The notes: a model not told the origin generated them from the sequence alone. Shown: positions 37,731 to 51,471, counted from the whole stretch's first letter. The stretch: DNA of 63,987 bases, filler included, from Octopus bimaculoides (GCF_001194135.2; 6 parts of 5 records of this genome joined end to end with filler, not necessarily neighbours in it); one strand, 5' to 3'. Made by a program: numbers and translations.

Positions 37731-38324
37731 ATNNNNNNNNNNNNNNNNNNNNNNNNNNNNNNNNNNNNNNNNNNNNNNNNNNNNNNNNNNNNNNNNNNNN
37801 NNNNNNNNNNNNNNNNNNNNNNNNNNNNNNNNNNNNNNNNNNNNNNNNNNNNNNNNNNNNNNNNNNNNNNNNNNNNNNNNNNNNNNNNNNNNNNNNNNNN
37901 NNNNNNNNNNNNNNNNNNNNNNNNNNNNNNNNNNNNNNNNNNNNNNNNNNNNNNNNNNNNNNNNNNNNNNNNNNNNNNNNNNNNNNNNNNNNNNNNNNNN
38001 NNNNNNNNNNNNNNNNNNNNNNNNNNNNNNNNNNNNNNNNNNNNNNNNNNNNNNNNNNNNNNNNNNNNNNNNNNNNNNNNNNNNNNNNNNNNNNNNNNNN
38101 NNNNNNNNNNNNNNNNNNNNNNNNNNNNNNNNNNNNNNNNNNNNNNNNNNNNNNNNNNNNNNNNNNNNNNNNNNNNNNNNNNNNNNNNNNNNNNNNNNNN
38201 NNNNNNNNNNNNNNNNNNNNNNNNNNNNNNNNNNNNNNNNNNNNNNNNNNNNNNNNNNNNNNNNNNNNNNNNNNNNNNNNNNNNNNNNNNNNNNNNNNNN
38301 NNNNNNNNNNNNNNNNNNNNNNNN

Positions 38325-38452
38325 CTAACGTGGACAATTAATGTGCTAGAAATAGATCACATCTTGTGTCTATTAAGAACAATTTAGAACAATTTAGGTC
38401 TTAATAGACACAAGATGTGATCTATTTCTAGCACATTAATTGTCCACGTTAG
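38325..38452. repeat. Perfect 54-bp inverted repeat at a contig edge
   Basis: 38325-38378 equals the reverse complement of 38399-38452. The 20-nt spacer carries a doubled acaatttag. Confidence 0.9.
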
Positions 38453-40380
38453 TGGTCAACGTTATTTTTTATAAATATATATGTATACATATATATATAT
38501 ATGAGTGTGTATGTGTGTGTATATGTCCTTAACCAAACAACCATATCTATTAATTCAGCAATTAATTATTTAGTTACTTAACTAATTGATTAGTTAATTT
38601 CTTTGTTAGAAAGACGGTTGATATATGAAAATGACAGTCGACCAATCGTAGACATATTTCCAGTAACTCGTTGGGTTTAAATCCTTTTAAGTTCTGAGTT
38701 CAAACGTACTTTTGTTATTCATCCCTAGGGACCCATAAAATAAATGTCAGTGTCCTTATGACGGATTATATCCGGTCTAAAAAGGTGACCTATCAATGCT
38801 AAATGTCTTATTATTTTTTTTTTTCCTTTTCCCTGAAAATAAAGGCACTGCAAAGAGCGATGTTGTATGACTCAGTGGGATTTTCATGTTTGTCTTGTTT
38901 CGGGATTGGCGTATAGTTTCAATGTATTTGTTTCTGGGTATTACTGGTTGTTATTATTTCATCCACCCACTTCATCGCTCTGCAGATAAAAAATAAAAAA
39001 ATGCCAGGAAAGAGAAGGGTGGGGGAAACAACAGCCATTGTACAGATACGCAGAAATGAGAAGGGGGAACGTTACCAATATATATTCTTTTATTTGTTTC
39101 AGTCATTTTGACTGTGGCCAGCCTGGAGCACCACCTTTAGTCGAACAAATCGACGCCAGGACTTATTCTTTGTAAGCCTAGTACTTATTCTATCGCTTCT
39201 TTTGCCGCACCGCTAGGTTACGGGACGTAAACACACCAGGAGGCCATGGTTGAAGCCAATGGTGGTTTTATTGAATAAATTTACTCCTTAGTATTTCAAG
39301 ATATTTTTATGTAATTTTGGTAAATAATGAGATGTCAGAGTTAAATATATCTATTGAAATGAGATGAGGTCAGCGTAATTTAGACGACAGCATATTCACC
39401 GTTCCCTGTATATATATATATATATANNNNNNNNNNNNNNNNNNNNNNNNNNNNNNNNNNNNNNNNNNNNNNNNNNNNNNNNNNNNNNNNNNNNNNNNNN
39501 NNNNNNNNNNNNNNNNNNNNNNNNNNNNNNNNNNNNNNNNNNNNNNNNNNNNNNNNNNNNNNNNNNNNNNNNNNNNNNNNNNNNNNNNNNNNNNNNNNNN
39601 NNNNNNNNNNNNNNNNNNNNNNNNNNNNNNNNNNNNNNNNNNNNNNNNNNNNNNNNNNNNNNNNNNNNNNNNNNNNNNNNNNNNNNNNNNNNNNNNNNNN
39701 NNNNNNNNNNNNNNNNNNNNNNNNNNNNNNNNNNNNNNNNNNNNNNNNNNNNNNNNNNNNNNNNNNNNNNNNNNNNNNNNNNNNNNNNNNNNNNNNNNNN
39801 NNNNNNNNNNNNNNNNNNNNNNNNNNNNNNNNNNNNNNNNNNNNNNNNNNNNNNNNNNNNNNNNNNNNNNNNNNNNNNNNNNNNNNNNNNNNNNNNNNNN
39901 NNNNNNNNNNNNNNNNNNNNNNNNNNNNNNNNNNNNNNNNNNNNNNNNNNNNNNNNNNNNNNNNNNNNNNNNNNNNNNNNNNNNNNNNNNNNNNNNNNNN
40001 NNNNNNNNNNNNNNNNNNNNNNNNNNNNNNNNNNNNNNNNNNNNNNNNNNNNNNNNNNNNNNNNNNNNNNNNNNNNNNNNNNNNNNNNNNNNNNNNNNNN
40101 NNNNNNNNNNNNNNNNNNNNNNNNNNNNNNNNNNNNNNNNNNNNNNNNNNNNNNNNNNNNNNNNNNNNNNNNNNNNNNNNNNNNNNNNNNNNNNNNNNNN
40201 NNNNNNNNNNNNNNNNNNNNNNNNNNNNNNNNNNNNNNNNNNNNNNNNNNNNNNNNNNNNNNNNNNNNNNNNNNNNNNNNNNNNNNNNNNNNNNNNNNNN
40301 NNNNNNNNNNNNNNNNNNNNNNNNNNNNNNNNNNNNNNNNNNNNNNNNNNNNNTGCGTATCACTTCTATAAATATAATAG

Positions 40381-40655
40381 TGGAGGCGCAATGGCCCAGT
40401 GGTTAGAGCAGCGGACTCACGGTCGTAGGATCGCGGTTTCGATTCCCAGACTGGGCGTTGTGAGTGTTTATTGAGCGAAAACACCTAAAGTTCCACAAGG
40501 CTCCGGCAGGAGGTGGTGGCGACCCCTGTTGTACTCTTTCACCACAACTTTCTCTCACTCTATCTTCCTGTTTCTGTTGTACCTGTAATTCAAAGGGCCA
40601 GCCTTGTCACACTCTGTGTCACGCTGAATCTCCCCCAAGAACTATGTTAAGGGTA
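40381..40655 (+). mobile_element. SINE-C, 3'-truncated
   Basis: Highly similar to 27527-27800. Confidence 0.88.
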
Positions 40656-41675
40656 TAAACGAAAACCCTCAACCGCACAAAAAAAAAAAAAAAAAGAAAA
40701 GGAGAAAAAAATGAAGACTAGTTCTGAAAAGCTGCTAAAAAAGATTTCAGAAAAATTGACTCCAGAATGTTATTTTGTTGACATTGCTAAAATCGTTGCC
40801 AAGGAAATCCTTGACATTACAAGCATACAATAATAAGCATTGTTGTAGAAAAAAACTAGAAATATTGGATTTAAGGGAACTGATGAACGTCACGTGTTCC
40901 CTAAAAAAAAAAAAAACGAAAATCAGCAGCAAAATAACGATAACGAAGAAAAAAAAAAAAAAGAAACAAAACAAAAGAACTGAGAACTATGTCGTTTGGC
41001 TTATTTTTTTTTCTTGATTGTTATCTGAATGTGAAATACACGAGAAAGGTCGGGTTTCGTGAAATAATTTTTGTTAAAAAAGAAATAAAAGTAGAGAAAA
41101 CATGTGTAGAGTACAAAAACAAAAAGAACAAAAAATTATACTGTTAAAAGCTGAATCGTGTGGAGTTACAAGAATTTGACCTTGTGTTGAATGTCGTTTA
41201 ACCCTCAAGCCATCCTTGGTCGAGAGCTCTGATAATCAAAAGCATTCCAGACGTCATGTTCCCCTCTTTTCAAAGTTTATGTAGGACTAGATTGCATCAT
41301 CTAATTTGTCTTTTCCTTGACAACCCCCCCCCCAAAAAAAACCCCATCAAACATAAAACATGAAATAAACAAAAATGATAAACAGTATGGTGTAATTTGA
41401 AGCATATTAAGATGCTGTTTCTCGTAAACCGAGTGACTGTGTTGAGGGTCTCCTGTTTAGTAAGTGCTAGTTTGATTATAATCGTGTCTGTTTCTGTAGC
41501 TGCATCAGTACTAAAAGGAATTTTCGAATATTGTATTGGGTGGACGTGACGAGTAAAGTATAATTGGGTGAGGTTTGAAAACAGCAGTAAGAAAAAAAAA
41601 TTGACGTAAGGAAGAAAATGAACGTAAGAAAAAAACTGGCTCAGAAACAAGTCTGGCCCAAATTTTACATAAACA

Positions 41676-41800
41676 TTGATCATGTCTGATGAAGCTTATT
41701 TTCATTTGAATGGGTTCGTCAACAGACAAAATTGCCGGAACTGAGACTTCGAGAATACCAGAACACTACACCAAAGAGAATTGCACCCCATAAAGTGTGA
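41676..41800 (+). mobile_element. Tc1/mariner-superfamily transposase fragment (first catalytic D; possibly DD41D rosa/Visitor-like)
   Basis: LIMSDEAYFHLNGFVNRQNCRN*DFENTRTLHQRELHP. Confidence 0.7.
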
Positions 41801-42719
41801 AGCTGAAAATAGACGCTATTTAAAAGATGTCATTTTCTACATGTAATGTAGAGGTATGATGAAAGAGGACTAATGTACATTAATCTCCATCATCTCCTCT
41901 ATATTTAATTAAAATTTCATACACTTATTTGCAAAAACGAGGGAGTTATTAAAAATTAAAACCCCTCAGTGACTTCTGGGCTGTCCCTGTATATCTGCAT
42001 GGACAACAAGAAATATACATGCATACACACATACATACATACATACATACATACAAAAATACTTGTGATTTTGTTCAAATTCCAATGAAGGAGCCTTGAA
42101 ACCAGGTTAGAAACCGGCTCTTTCTCTATTGGCAAGAAATCTTGAAATAAAACTCAACAATGGCATACATACATACATACTTACATATACATATACATAA
42201 AGACTTACACACACACACACACACACACATACACACACATACACACACACATACACACACACACGCACATACAGGTAGGTATAGGCGCAATGACCTACAG
42301 GAAGTAGGTACTAGACTCTGCAGTAGAAGTACCGTTGTTTGCGAACAATATACTTGACTTGCACACTTGAAGTATGTGAGACACTTCTGCTGGTGCCAGA
42401 CACATTGTTACTACAGATTGTAGCTTCTTCACATCGCTTCATCAGCGAACTGCTCTGAACAGTTGATCATCCTCGACTTTCTTTACAACGTCATCGTCGC
42501 TCAGTCACGTGCACACGTATTTATGTATATACTTATTATATATCGTATGCATATATGTATGTATATGTATTATATATATATATATATGTATATATAATAT
42601 ATGTATGTATATGTATTATACATATATATGGGAGAATATACAAATAATAACAACAGACGAGGACAGGTGGTGTAAATAACAAAAGTATATATTAGTATGA
42701 CGCTCGGGAATACGGAAAG

Positions 42720-42756
42720 TCTTTGACGTTTCGAGCTACGCTCTTCAACAGAAAGA
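42720..42756 (-). ncRNA. Minimal hammerhead-like motif 3 (A6U variant) in a putative Penelope-like terminus (about 42630-42795)
   Basis: Minus strand: tcttt-CTGTTGA-A-gagc[gta]gctc-GAAA-CGT-C-aaaga. Helices I and II are perfect, the triplet is GUC and helix III is palindromic ACGT. Confidence 0.7.
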
Positions 42757-42798
42757 ATACGGAGACAAGGAGAAAAACACGGAGAAAAAAAATTGATT

Positions 42799-42827
<29 letters not shown>

Positions 42828-42829
<2 letters not shown>

Positions 42830-43070
42830 CGAGGTATTATCAAAACGTTCCTGGACTAGTTCTGTAGCGCGCCAGCAGATGGCAGCACATGGTTGCGGGC
42901 ACAGTGAGAGCTAGCAATGACCTTCATGAAGCAGTGTGCCGAGTGACATCGCTGTACTTACTTCGCAAGTTGTGAAATTTGCGTAATTGTGATCACGTGT
43001 ATGCTGTATTCTGCGTGTCTGCGCATTAGGAGCCACGGCGTACCTAATACGTCTCTCAGAGGATGCTGGC
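42828..43070 (+). mobile_element. Mariner-like 5' end in a (TA)n array
   Basis: TA + CGAGGTATTATCAAAACGTTCCTGGACT resembles CGAGG-type mariner TIRs. Confidence 0.5.
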
Positions 43071-43129
43071 AACAGACTGACCACTTGACCAATGCAATAA
43101 TAATAATAATAATAATAACAATAATAAGG

Positions 43130-43442
43130 ATTTACCAAAAATGAACTTGAAAGTGCTCATGAATTCCGATCAAGAACAGCCAACGAGAGAGAAGAAACCA
43201 CACTCTGCATGGAATTACGTGGTCAGATCCACCGCGAAACTAAACAACTTAAAAGACCAGGAAGCATCATGGAGGTGGCTTAGCAAGGGTGACCTAAAAA
43301 AGAGCACCGAAAGCCTAATCATCACTGCCCAGGACCAGGCATTAAATACCAACTCAGTGAAAAGGGATATATACCACACAAGTGCAATGAACCCCTGCAG
43401 AATATGTGGGAAGAGGGTCGAAAGCGTGACTCACATTTCGGG
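43130..43442 (+). mobile_element. Dong/R4-clade LINE fragment
   Basis: ASWRWLSKGDLKKSTESLIITAQDQALNTNSVKRDIYH..CRICGKRVESVTHI: first three ligands of the CCHC knuckle. Confidence 0.85.
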
Positions 43443-43802
43443 CATATAACAAAGATGACATTCCAAAGGCTGGAACAGTTTGAATGGGAAACGATGCCCC
43501 ACCCATCATATTCGCCGGACATTGCCCCATCTGATTATCATTTATTCCTCAGTCTTCAAAAACATTTGGACGGAAAAAGTATGAATTCTGCGGACGAGGT
43601 CAAAACAGTATTGGAGAAATATTTTTTGTCACGGACAATTGAATTTTGGAAGAGGGGTCTTGTAAGTCTACCAGATAGATGGAAGAGCATTGTAGAAAAT
43701 GAAGAAGAGTATATTTTAGATTAAAAAAGAAATTTGTTTAACTTAATTTTGAAAAATAAAAGGAGTATAAAAAGACCGCATTATTTATGGGATGACTTAA
43801 TA
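43443..43802 (+). mobile_element. Mariner transposase C-terminus with right TIR and TA
   Basis: HITKMT..WETMPHPSYSPDIAPSDYHLFLSLQ..RWKSIVENEEEY* is uninterrupted. TIR-like aagaccgcattatttatgggatgacttaa (about 43772-43800) is followed by TA. Confidence 0.9.
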
Positions 43803-43999
43803 GATACATGTAACTGTATACATTCCCAGACCCGAGCACGCTGCAGCTCTCTTCTCATTGGATGGAACATATGCCTGCAATCGCATGTGCATGTAGCATA
43901 CATACATACATACATAATACATACATACATAAAGAGCGATGAATCATAAGCAAAGTAGTGTGCACACCCATTGCAAGAATGCGCCAACATATAACGTGG

Positions 44000-44042
<43 letters not shown>

Positions 44043-44374
44043 CCGTTATACACGCATGCACTAACTCTTTCACATAATCACAAATATCAGGAACTGTCGT
44101 GGCTCGAACAAAGGAACCTTGTCTTTTTGATACTGACTAGTTTGAAATTTGCAAAAAAGGAGAAAAAACCTCAGACATACATGCATAAAATACATACATA
44201 TATTGATACGTAAGTACACGCATTCTCTTACAAGTTCCAATGTAATGCACACACATACACTCCCTCGTATGCTCACATTTACCGTTTACACACACACTCA
44301 TAAACACACATACATAAAATTGAAATATACAGCAGTTTGCAATGTTTACCAAAAAGGAAAACTATAGCATGCAT

Positions 44375-44409
<35 letters not shown>

Positions 44410-44455
44410 AAATATATAGTTTTAGGGAAAATAGCCAATTTTCAAGAACTCACAC

Positions 44456-44490
<35 letters not shown>

Positions 44491-44590
44491 NNNNNNNNNN
44501 NNNNNNNNNNNNNNNNNNNNNNNNNNNNNNNNNNTTAATTAATTAANNNNNNNNNNNNNNNNNNNNNNNNNNNNNNNNNNNNNNNNNNNN

Positions 44591-44955
44591 TATCGATTGG
44601 GACAGTCATATCAATGAGGAGGCATGATTTTTGTCTGAAGCCTTTCAATATGATGCCTGGCCTATTTGCATCTATCTTTCTGTCAGTTTGAATGGTGAAG
44701 TTCCAGAGGAGTGCAATGTGATCATTTTCAAGCACTGGAGGTGGTTTGTGTTCCCACAAGTTTTCATAATGGGGCAGGTCCAGGTTTTTGCAAATTACCC
44801 AGTGAATATATTGTGCAGCTCTATCATGCCTGTTGAGATATTCTGTAGGCGCAAGCAGACTGCACATGGAGACAACATGATCAATGGTTTCATTTTGTTG
44901 TTGACATACACGACATGTTGGGAAGCTGCCGTTCTTTAATATGTTAGCCTGATAG
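44591..44955 (-). mobile_element. Dong/R4-clade fragment: CCHC knuckle plus RLE
   Basis: CRVCQQQNETIDHVVSMC..RHDRAAQYIHWVIC..LLWNFTIQTDRKIDANRPGIIL..LLIDMTVP. Confidence 0.9.
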
Positions 44956-45526
44956 TTGAGTACCGGGGTCAATGTAATGAACTACCCCACTTCCTTGAAA
45001 TTGCTGGCCTTACGCCAAAATTTTAAATCATCATCATCATCATCATTGTTGTTGTTGTTTGTCAAGGTGACAAGCTGACAGAATCACGGGACAAAATTCT
45101 TAGTGGCATTTCATCCAGTCTTGCATTCTGAGTTCAAATTCTACCAAGGTTGGCTTTGTCTTTCATCCTTTGAGGGTCGATAAAATAAAATACCAGCTTC
45201 CTCCTCCCCTCACAATTGCTGGCCTTGTGCCAAAATTAGAAAAGATTATTATTGTTATTCCTTCTTTTATATTGGCTTCATTGTCTTGGGCCCTCATGAC
45301 CAATTAAAAAAATCCTCCTCCTCCTCATCATCATCATCATCATTATTGAGGTAGTGAGCCAGCAGAACATGCCAGGCAAAATGCTTTATGGTATTTCACC
45401 TGTCTTACCGTTCTGTGTTCAAAATCCACCAAGGTCAACTTTTCCTTTCATCGTTTCTGGGTCAGTGTGCAATGGGCTTCATGTAATCAACTTACTCCTC
45501 CCCAAAATTGCTGGTCTTGCACCAAA

Positions 45527-45574
<48 letters not shown>

Positions 45575-47640
45575 TATCCATGTTTATCATGTACTTTCAC
45601 TGAACACAACTCTATGTGGTTTGTTTTGGTGCCTTTATTTTCACTTTATTGAAAGTGCTTTGTGTAGGATGTCTCTGGTGCCTGGTGGTGCTATTTTCTG
45701 TGTGTTGTATATATTTGCAAGTCCTGGTATTTTGGGTCTTTATTTTTATGTTTCTTAATCATGCACCTGCTATTGTAGGAGTCGTTATTATTATTATCAT
45801 TATTATTGTTGTTGTTGTTATTATTATTCTGTGAATATTAGCTTAGAGAAATTAGTTGTAAAACATAAAAATACTAAGAATTTCTTAAATATGCATTGAG
45901 TAGAGAAAAGGGAAATTGTAGAATAATGCATTTCTTAGAGGCATTAGAAATTTGAAGAAGGTAATTTCAGTTGGAAATTGAAAGTAAGTTTGCCAAGTAC
46001 TTAGTGTTGCATCGTAGCATCTCCCTGTCACCCCTAAAACCCACCACCACTGCCAACACCACTACCACCGACACTACTACCAACAGAAATGAAAAATAAT
46101 GGTTTCTTGTCTGGGCACAAGGCCAACTTCTTCCTGGAGAGAAGGGAAACTTTGTCGATTGAATTAATTCCCCAAGTACGATGTTTCTCATAGGTGTGGA
46201 TGTGCACGACGAGGAGGTGTAGGGAATTAAAAGAGAAAGAGGCAGGGGGATGGACAAACAAGTTGCCATGTTTTAATCAAATTAAGATGGTTTTTCAACT
46301 TTTTAAATTCGTCCGATGCCATGCTAAAGTAACAATTATTACAGAAGCAAATTCTGTTTGGCTTCTCACTGAGGAAAAAGGTGAGCAAAAGATTTTCACC
46401 TTTCTTGCCATTGTGTTGGTCGTGGGGAAGGGTTGCTTTGTGAATTGTTAACCTTTCTTTTATCTTTATCTTTTACTTGTTCCAGTCATTAGACTGTGGC
46501 CATGCTGGGGCACCACCTTGAAGATTTTTACTCAAACAAATTACTTTTGTCTGGTATTTATTCTGTTGATCTCTTTTGTGTAGCTGCTAAGTTATAGGGG
46601 ACATAAATATACTAACACTAGTTGTCAAGTGGAGGATACACACACACACACACTCTCTCTCTCTCTCTCTCTCTGGCTTTCTATCTCACATATAAATATA
46701 GGTCCAACTCATTCCAGTACGGAAAATGGATGCTAAATGATGATGATGATGATGATGATGATAGAACCTTTCAACTGGGAGAAAGGTAGAGAAGCTCGAA
46801 GCTGAATTAAGGAAATAAACTATTGTTCCTGTCCCGGCGAGTGGAGTTTTCTTTTCTCTCTGTCTTTGTTCTTTAAAAAGAAATGGATGTGGCCAGAACT
46901 TGAGAGAGAGAGAGAGCATTGTTTGTGTTTGCCCTCCTTCACCACTTGATAACTGGTGTTGGTTTGTTTACGTCCTTGTAACATGGCGGTGTGGCAAAAG
47001 AAACTGAAAGAATAAGTATCAGACTTCAAAATAAATTCTGGAGTCAATATTTGTTCAGCTAAACTCTTCAAGGCGGTGCCCCAGTATGACCACAGTGAAA
47101 TGACTGAAACACATAAAAGATAAATCTATTAGATTCTTCGTATATATATATATATTCATTCGATATTCCTTATTTTAGTAATTATTAACCATAAAGACAT
47201 CCCCCACCCTATTCTTTTCTGGAGAGTCACATTTGGATATAAACAACCATTTTATACCATTTTTGTCATCAAATTCTTATTCAGACATTTTGGATCTCAT
47301 AAAAATTTATCATTTTTTTTTCATTCTGGAAATGAAGAGGAAAAGGTGTTTTTGTATCTTTTATCTGTTACCTGTTTCAGTCTTTGGGCTGTGGACCATG
47401 CTGGAGCACTGTTTTAAGTTGTTTTAGTTGAACACACTAACCTCAGTATTCTATCAGTCTTTATTGGTGAACCTCTATGTTACTGAGGTACATGGATGTA
47501 AACAAAGCAACACCAGTTGTTGGTTGGTATGTGGGAGCAAACATCACATAAACACAGACACACACTTGCGCAGTGGGACTGAACCCCAAACCACATGATG
47601 GCAAAGTCAGTTTCTTCAGCACACAGCTATGCTTGTGACA
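44955..47640. mobile_element. Cluster of diverged SINE-A (45063-45250 +, 45350-45530 +, about 46095-46190 -) and SINE-B halves (46470-46680 -, 46940-47120 +, 47370-47640 -)
   Basis: Family motifs; boundaries approximate. Confidence 0.7.
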
Positions 47641-48300
47641 TTCGTAATAAATGAAATGAATTAATTGACATTTTGCAATCAGAAATATTGGTCCACAGAT
47701 GGTCAGCACTATTGACTTCAGAGAAGAGGGAATCGGAAGACTAACATTTCTGCCTTTCCTGAGGGCAATTAACAGAAGGGGAATGCTTACAAGTGAGAAT
47801 AAACCCCGACTCATTGATTTGGCTCACTGGCCATGTAGCAGCCACATTACTATGTTTACCACATTATACCATTAATCTCTGAATTCCATGCCACTGGCTC
47901 TTCCTATTAGAGCTAATTATAAACCAATATCTGTTAATAGGGTAACAGAATTAGATTTCAATTAATTTACCTTTACTTGAAAGCATTGTTTTGAGTTGAC
48001 TGCGTGTCTTGTGTGTGGAATGGAAATAATGGTTTACTGGTTTCCCTTCTGGGTTCACATGAAATATCATTGCCAATGCCTTCATTTTAGACTTTCATAA
48101 AGCCATGATTCCTGTGACACTTTTATTATTTAATGAGAAAGTCACTTATACCTTAGTTTAAATAATGTTCTCTTCCATTTCATACTTCCTGAATTTTCTC
48201 AGCTCATTCTACAATAACAGTCTATGTAGTCTTTAAATCTCTGAAAGGATTATTTGATTTAAGAGTCTTCACTTCAGATTTTCTCTTCACATTTTGCCAG

Positions 48301-48414
48301 TTGTCTCACTGGACAGTACACTTATTTCTAGATACTTCAGTTTACCAAACTGTCAGAATGGCTATCAGGCTTTTCAGGAAAAGTTTAGCTTGCTGTAAAC
48401 CAATGAAGTATCAA
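48301..48414 (+). other. Candidate 114-nt exon
   Basis: attttctcttcacattttgccag| acceptor and CAA|GTAAGA donor. Open in phase 0 as LSHWTVHLFLDTSVYQTVRMAIRLFRKSLACCKPMKYQ. Unique sequence, no homology recognised. Confidence 0.3.
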
Positions 48415-49811
48415 GTAAGAAGAAAATTCCTCATATTGCATCTGTTTAATGTTGGTGAAATCAAACTTAAATACTTGGCCTGTGAATTATTGTGGTTTCT
48501 GAAATATTAACTTCTGAGTATGAGCGCTCTTAATAAAATTCTGTTGCTAGGTCTTTAAGAGAACCGTGATAAGAGTAGAGAACTGAGAATGGAGCCTCAG
48601 TAAATAATTTGCACTAAATTCTTCATGGAACCCACTTGTAAGATTCCTGACATCTTATTTAAAACATTATGTTACCATTCCATACAAACATTCACATAAA
48701 ACTCCACTAAAACATTTCCCTTTTGTTGAGAGGAATTTATTTGTAGAATTCAGTTTTTCCTATTTTTTATTTCTATTTCCATATCTGAGTAATTAATTAA
48801 TCTGTTTATGTAGTCAATTTGAATTAAATTTGTGTGATTGTCTCAACTAATTAGTACATGAAAGGTTTTTGTTTCTCTCAGTCTGTAATTAAGGTTTATT
48901 ATTTTGTAATTACAGTAACTTAAGTACAGTTAAGAAAAGAACATCGATAATGTTCAACTGATGACATAGGTTGTTTGAGTTGAAGCTTACTGAAGGAAAA
49001 TAGCTTTGTTCTTTGCTTTGAAAAAAATTGGTGGAAAGGTTAAAAAAAACAAAACAAAAAGAGAGAGAGAGAGAAAAAAAAGCCAAGAAAACAGATCTAC
49101 TTAAATATTGTTGTTTACTTTCAATTGAGATTATGTGTTTCACTTTCTTACTGATGGAAGAAAGAAAATGGTCACCTAAACATATAATCTACCTTTCTGC
49201 ATCTGAAATGACTACAAGCTGTTTAGAATATAATGAGCTGTTTTGCATCTCGTTTTGCTGCAAAACACAACATTCTTAATTATCTTCAGCAGGAATCAAG
49301 GAATAAATTAAGATTTTCCTCCTTTTTTTTCTTTTTGTTACTTGATCAGTTGATGAAAATATATATTATCATTTGTCAAAATAGAGTGACAATGATGAAA
49401 ATTTAAAATATCCTGTTGTTGCAGTGTTTGTTATAATCTCACTTCCATTTGTCTGTGGGAGATGGTTTCTTATATCAAATGTCTTTGAGATAAGCCAAGT
49501 TTCTGGATAAGAGTAACTTGACTGTGTAAAGATTTTTTAAATTGTTGCCAGTGCCCCTGGACTAGCTCTTGTGCGGGTGGCACATAAAATACACCATTTT
49601 GAGTGTGGCCATTGCCAGTACCACCTGACTGGCCTTCGTGCTGGTGGCATGTAAAAGCACCCACTACACTCTCTGAGTGGTTGGCGTTAGGAAGGACATC
49701 CAGCTGTAGAAACTCTGCCAAATCAGATTGGAGCCTGTGTAGCCATCGGGTTTCACCCAGTCCTCAGTCAAATCGTCCAACCCATGCTAGCATGGAAAGT
49801 GGACTTTAAAC

Positions 49812-49853
<42 letters not shown>

Positions 49854-51434
49854 TATAATCTCTGATAATGCCATAAACCAGTCTGTTAAGACAATGATCA
49901 TTAGTAATCAATTTTTTAAACGTTATTTCTTGGAAACTTGGTCTTAAATCTTTAACCATTTACTCATAAATGCTAACATGAACCAATAAGTCATATTTAA
50001 TATTCTGTGGTATTTTCTTGTGATTAAACATTTTCAAATAAGATAATTTCATTAATCTTTTAATTTTGATTTGATTTGATTTTAAAAAAAAATTATTTTA
50101 TTTTTATAGAAATATACTTTTTTAAAAAAATTTATGAACATCTTAGATGAAATGCAATATATAAACAACATATGGGCACAGGTTCAATTCATACCATTGT
50201 CAGTTAAAGCGACCAATATATAATCACGGAACAAATTGCAAAGGAGTGAATTGGCAAAATTATTAAAGTATCAGAGAGAGTATCTTACAGTGTTTGTTTG
50301 GGGGTCTTGAGTTCAAATGCAGTTGAGGTAAAGTTTGCCTTTTATTTGTACAAGTTCATAAAAAGTGGTAAATCAGGCCATGCGTCAGATGGAGTTGAGG
50401 CAAATAGTCTATGGCCGGTTGTCCTTCTAGTCATCATACCTCATCTATTTTCAAGGCAGGTGATATTTCCTCATGGCTAGACATGTTCTTGCAGAATATT
50501 AGAAATGAACAACACCGCTTATGTGACAGTGATACTCATTTACAACTATCATACATTGTTAAGACAAAGAGACACACACTTACACATACTGCAGTAGGCT
50601 TCTTTCAGTTTCCCTCTACCAGATCTGAACACTATTGATCATAGATATAGGTGCAATCATTCAGGACTTACCTGGGGCCAGAAACAACAACATACAGGTG
50701 TAAATATTTCAATATTGAAAATTAATCAGTAATGAAAGTTCAGCCGAAATATTACCTTAGTCTATAAGAATACCCTTCTGTCTGCCTGTCTGCCTGTCTG
50801 CCCATCCATCAGTGTATCTATCTTTCTGTCTTCTTGTCTGCCCATCCATCAGTCTACTATCTATCTTTCTGTCTCTGTGTTTATCTCTCCATTAAATGAA
50901 ATAAGGAAATGGTAAAGCATAGTGTGTTATTTAAGAAATCGTGTTTAAAGTTCTTTCAAATTTGACAGTTGATGCAAGTTGTTTAAAATAACGCCATGTC
51001 TATCATAAATTTCGTTGTTTTCTTTTGTTTTTCTTGTTTTGTTCTCCACCCCCTGTTTTTTTTTTTTAGTTTTTGTTCTTTAAATGAAGCAATTTGAGCA
51101 AACTTGTCAGACAGTTTCACAATAAATATTATAATAGAAACGTGTGCAGCGTGTGTGTATGCACATACACATACTTATATTTGTGTGTTTGTGTGTGTAC
51201 ATTTGTAATGTGTGTATATGTATGTGTACATACTCACCCACATGTTTGTGTAAATACATTTACACACATACACACATGCCCATTCTCGTGAAAACATTTA
51301 CACAAACTTTTATTCCACTTTTATAACAGAGAGAAACTCATTTGTTGCCCAAAAGTATAGAAATATATTCATAATCTATGCTGTATGCCATCACTGTCTG
51401 TTCAGAGTCTTATTCTCAGCACCCCACCTTTCTC

Positions 51435-51471
<37 letters not shown>

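Noticed and set aside
41686-41700. CTGATGAAG hammerhead core word
   Set aside because: It encodes SDE of a transposase fragment, with no helix II or GAAA partner.
42828-43802. Single mariner element spanning the 5' end at 42828 and the right TIR at 43800
   Set aside because: The two termini are not reverse complements (CGAGG-type vs TTAAGTC-type), so they belong to different families.
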